The notes under the pieces were generated by a model. It worked only from the letters and a program-made list of their open reading frames with translations, ran no database searches and was not told the origin of the DNA. The translations under genes were made by a program, and so were the position numbers. From assembly GCA_963794325.1 (NCBI GenBank), contig CAWCDG010000003.1, forward strand, positions 64,001 to 128,000: DNA of 64,000 nucleotides, read 5' to 3'. The DNA comes from an uncultured delta proteobacterium (GTDB lineage Bacteria; Desulfobacterota; Binatia; Binatales; Binataceae). Positions 63,005 to 64,000 of this stretch are shown piece by piece; position 1 is the first letter of the stretch, and every line of letters begins with the position of its first letter.

Positions 63005-63730
63005 ATGAACTCCGCGATTCGAAACGGGCTTGGATACACGACGCTGGCGCTGATGATCGTCGCGCTGTTCATGGTCTTCGACTACGTACCGCCGGAAGCC
63101 GAGCAGGGAATCGCGCAGTTGATATTTTATTTTCACGTGCCGCTCGCGTGGGTCGCATTCGCGTCGTTCGGGATTGTCGCGATCGCGGGAATATTTTATC
63201 TGTGGCTCGGCGATCAGCTGTGGGACGACCTCGGCTACGCCGCTGCTGAAACCGGGATGGTGTTCTGCACGCTGATGATTGTCGCGGGATCGATTTGGGC
63301 CAAGCCGATTTGGGGAACGTGGTGGACGTGGGACTCGCGGCTGACGACCACCTTCATCCTGTGGCTCATGTACGGCGGCTACCTGATGCTGCGCGCGAGT
63401 GCTGACGACACGCCGCAGGTGGCGCGCTTCGGCGCCGTGATCGGAATCGTCGCGGCACTGGACGTGCCGATCGTGATCGCTTCGGTGCGGCTGTGGCGCA
63501 CGATACATCCGGCGGTGCTGGTGACGAAGCAGGGTGGGCATGGCCTCGAGGATCCGCGGATGGTCACGACGCTGCTGGTATGCCTGGCCGCATTCACAGT
63601 GTTTTGGGCATGGCTGTTGATGCTTCGTTTCATGCAGTTGCGGACGCGCAGCAGAATGGGCGCGCTGGCGGTCAGAATCGCGTTCGCAACAGCGGCCGCA
63701 TCCGATAAGCAAGTGATGGAACCGGGCTGA
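63005..63730 (+). CDS. ccmC: Heme exporter / heme delivery protein
   Basis: FYFHVP, WAKPIWGTWWTWD and RTIHP. Confidence 0.93.
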   Translation: MNSAIRNGLGYTTLALMIVALFMVFDYVPPEAEQGIAQLIFYFHVPLAWVAFASFGIVAIAGIFYLWLGDQLWDDLGYAAAETGMVFCTLMIVAGSIWAKPIWGTWWTWDSRLTTTFILWLMYGGYLMLRASADDTPQVARFGAVIGIVAALDVPIVIASVRLWRTIHPAVLVTKQGGHGLEDPRMVTTLLVCLAAFTVFWAWLLMLRFMQLRTRSRMGALAVRIAFATAAASDKQVMEPG

Positions 63731-63924
63731 TGGAACACTTTGGATACCTGTTCGCCGCCTACAGCATCATCTTCGCGGTGATTTTTCTGTACGTGATGTT
63801 CATCTGGCGCCGCCAGGCCGCGCTCGACGCGGAACTTCGCACGTTGGAGGCGCGGATGGCTGCGCTCACACAGGAGTCGGACGCGTCAACATCAACGTCG
63901 TCGCAATCACAGCCTGACGCGTGA
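63730..63924 (+). CDS. ccmD: Heme exporter protein D
   Basis: YLFAAY single TM segment plus coiled coil, following ccmC. Confidence 0.8.
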   Translation: MEHFGYLFAAYSIIFAVIFLYVMFIWRRQAALDAELRTLEARMAALTQESDASTSTSSQSQPDA

Positions 63925-64000
63925 TTTTGCTAATCAAGCGCGGCAAGTTAGCATAGTCAGTTAGTTAGCCAGATTTTCCGAACTGAGTATCCCGGATGGA

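Overview
GC-rich bacterial chromosomal segment. The gene repertoire (STAND adenylate cyclase, LLM monooxygenase plus alpha/beta-hydrolase pair, ccm operon, dense palindromic intergenic repeats) suggests a Candidatus Binatota-like soil bacterium; this is inference. Housekeeping and metabolic genes include gad, nudC, a phosphonate cluster with phnX, a QueT-type ECF transporter, a deoxyhypusine-synthase-like gene, glgB, yacG, lpxA and ccmEFH-x-ABCD. Two loci stand out. (1) At 27.6-36.2 kb there is a Mu-like phage module: cI-type repressor, Mor-type activator, holin-like gene and lipoproteins, gp26/27/28/29 packaging genes and portal. It has no transposase, replication, capsid or tail genes, yet its core ORFs are intact while its intergenic gaps are filled with host repeats, which fits a domesticated, possibly GTA-like module. 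(2) At 14.9-22.4 kb an IrrE/ImmA-like HExxH protease is divergent from a putative acyltransferase plus fatty-acid desaturase operon, with an XRE repressor nearby; this is a candidate signal-synthesis and protease-switch system. Also present: an IS1595-family element carrying passenger genes inserted inside a REP-like repeat, a single-gene insertion with a 95-bp target duplication, a papain/chagasin pair, and at least eight families of dispersed palindromic repeats. Numerous frameshifts, including in ccm genes, point to residual long-read indel errors.
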